A model generated the notes under the pieces. The model searched no databases. It saw only the letters and a list, made by a program, of their open reading frames with translations, and was not told where the DNA came from. Shown in pieces: positions 63,855 through 64,000 of a DNA stretch of 64,000 bases. This stretch comes from a virus (Duplodnaviria; Heunggongvirae; Uroviricota; Caudoviricetes). The position numbers and the translations under genes were made by a program. Position 1 is the first letter of the stretch. Every line of letters begins with the position of its first letter. The DNA lies in the IMG/VR virus record IMGVR_UViG_3300047476_001337, positions 10,296 through 74,295 of that record; one strand, written 5' to 3'.

Positions 63855-64000
63855 TGTTTATAAATATTGATAAACCCATTATAGTACTTAAATTGAATAT
63901 AAGAATATTTATCTACATAAACAAACTTAAATAAGATATCATGGGATGCGGAATATATAAACTAACTAACACAAAGAATATGAAAACATATATTGGTAGT

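Noticed and set aside
1-64000. CRISPR array
   Set aside because: No regularly spaced direct repeats of 24 to 48 bp with unique spacers were seen. The only tandem repeats are gene-sized paralogues and dispersed terminator hairpins.
1-64000. Alternative reading of the window as bacterial chromosome or prophage
   Set aside because: The window is near-uniformly single-stranded in coding polarity, tightly packed with many genes under 100 aa, and carries tRNA-like genes, thyA/frd, nadV, RNA ligases, PNK and homing endonucleases. No integrase, repressor or att-like tRNA junction is present. A virulent large-phage genome fits better. Host-like genes (mgsA, rmlC, SPFH, GS) are interpreted as phage auxiliary genes.

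Overview
This window is an AT-rich, very gene-dense region, almost all of it transcribed on the minus strand. It has the hallmarks of a large virulent (T4-like or jumbo) bacteriophage genome. The host is probably a Bacteroidota bacterium: two encoded proteins end in type IX secretion (T9SS) sorting domains, and many start codons sit directly behind Bacteroidota-type -7 promoter boxes (TAnnTTTG), implying leaderless transcripts. Recognisable content is as follows. Three tandem tRNA-like genes, one with a ~60-nt insertion. Nucleotide and DNA metabolism genes: a ThyA homologue, DHFR, a P-loop kinase, two HAD phosphatases, RmlC, a methylglyoxal-synthase homologue, a guanylate-kinase-like protein, a beta-class DNA methyltransferase and a glutamine-synthetase-like protein. 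A dispersed tRNA/RNA-repair toolkit: CCA-adding enzyme, an Rnl1-like and a second RNA ligase, and a split polynucleotide kinase (PNK-like kinase plus HAD phosphatase) next to a calcineurin-like phosphoesterase. An NAD+ salvage/reconstitution block: NadV, a PRPP synthetase, a NADAR protein, an HD hydrolase and a Nudix hydrolase. A GIY-YIG and an HNH homing endonuclease. A plus-strand lysis-like cassette: DUF192 protein, membrane protein and a lytic transglycosylase. The findings worth follow-up are these. A 1521-aa SprB-like adhesin and a 584-aa beta-helix protein that carry T9SS C-terminal sorting domains. A 1.1-kb GC-richer region with no ORF (longest intergenic gap in the window), bounded by -7 promoter boxes and a tandem-hairpin terminator (candidate large ncRNA). 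A cluster of five perfect DnaA-box 9-mers with G/C homopolymer tracts and 22-bp direct repeats flanking a 1-kb segment. An array of six diversified small paralogous genes sharing a GGDxGIHL motif. Two recurring N-terminal leader peptides with I-x-E sites. A family of near-identical CCCCCAC/GTGAGGG terminators.
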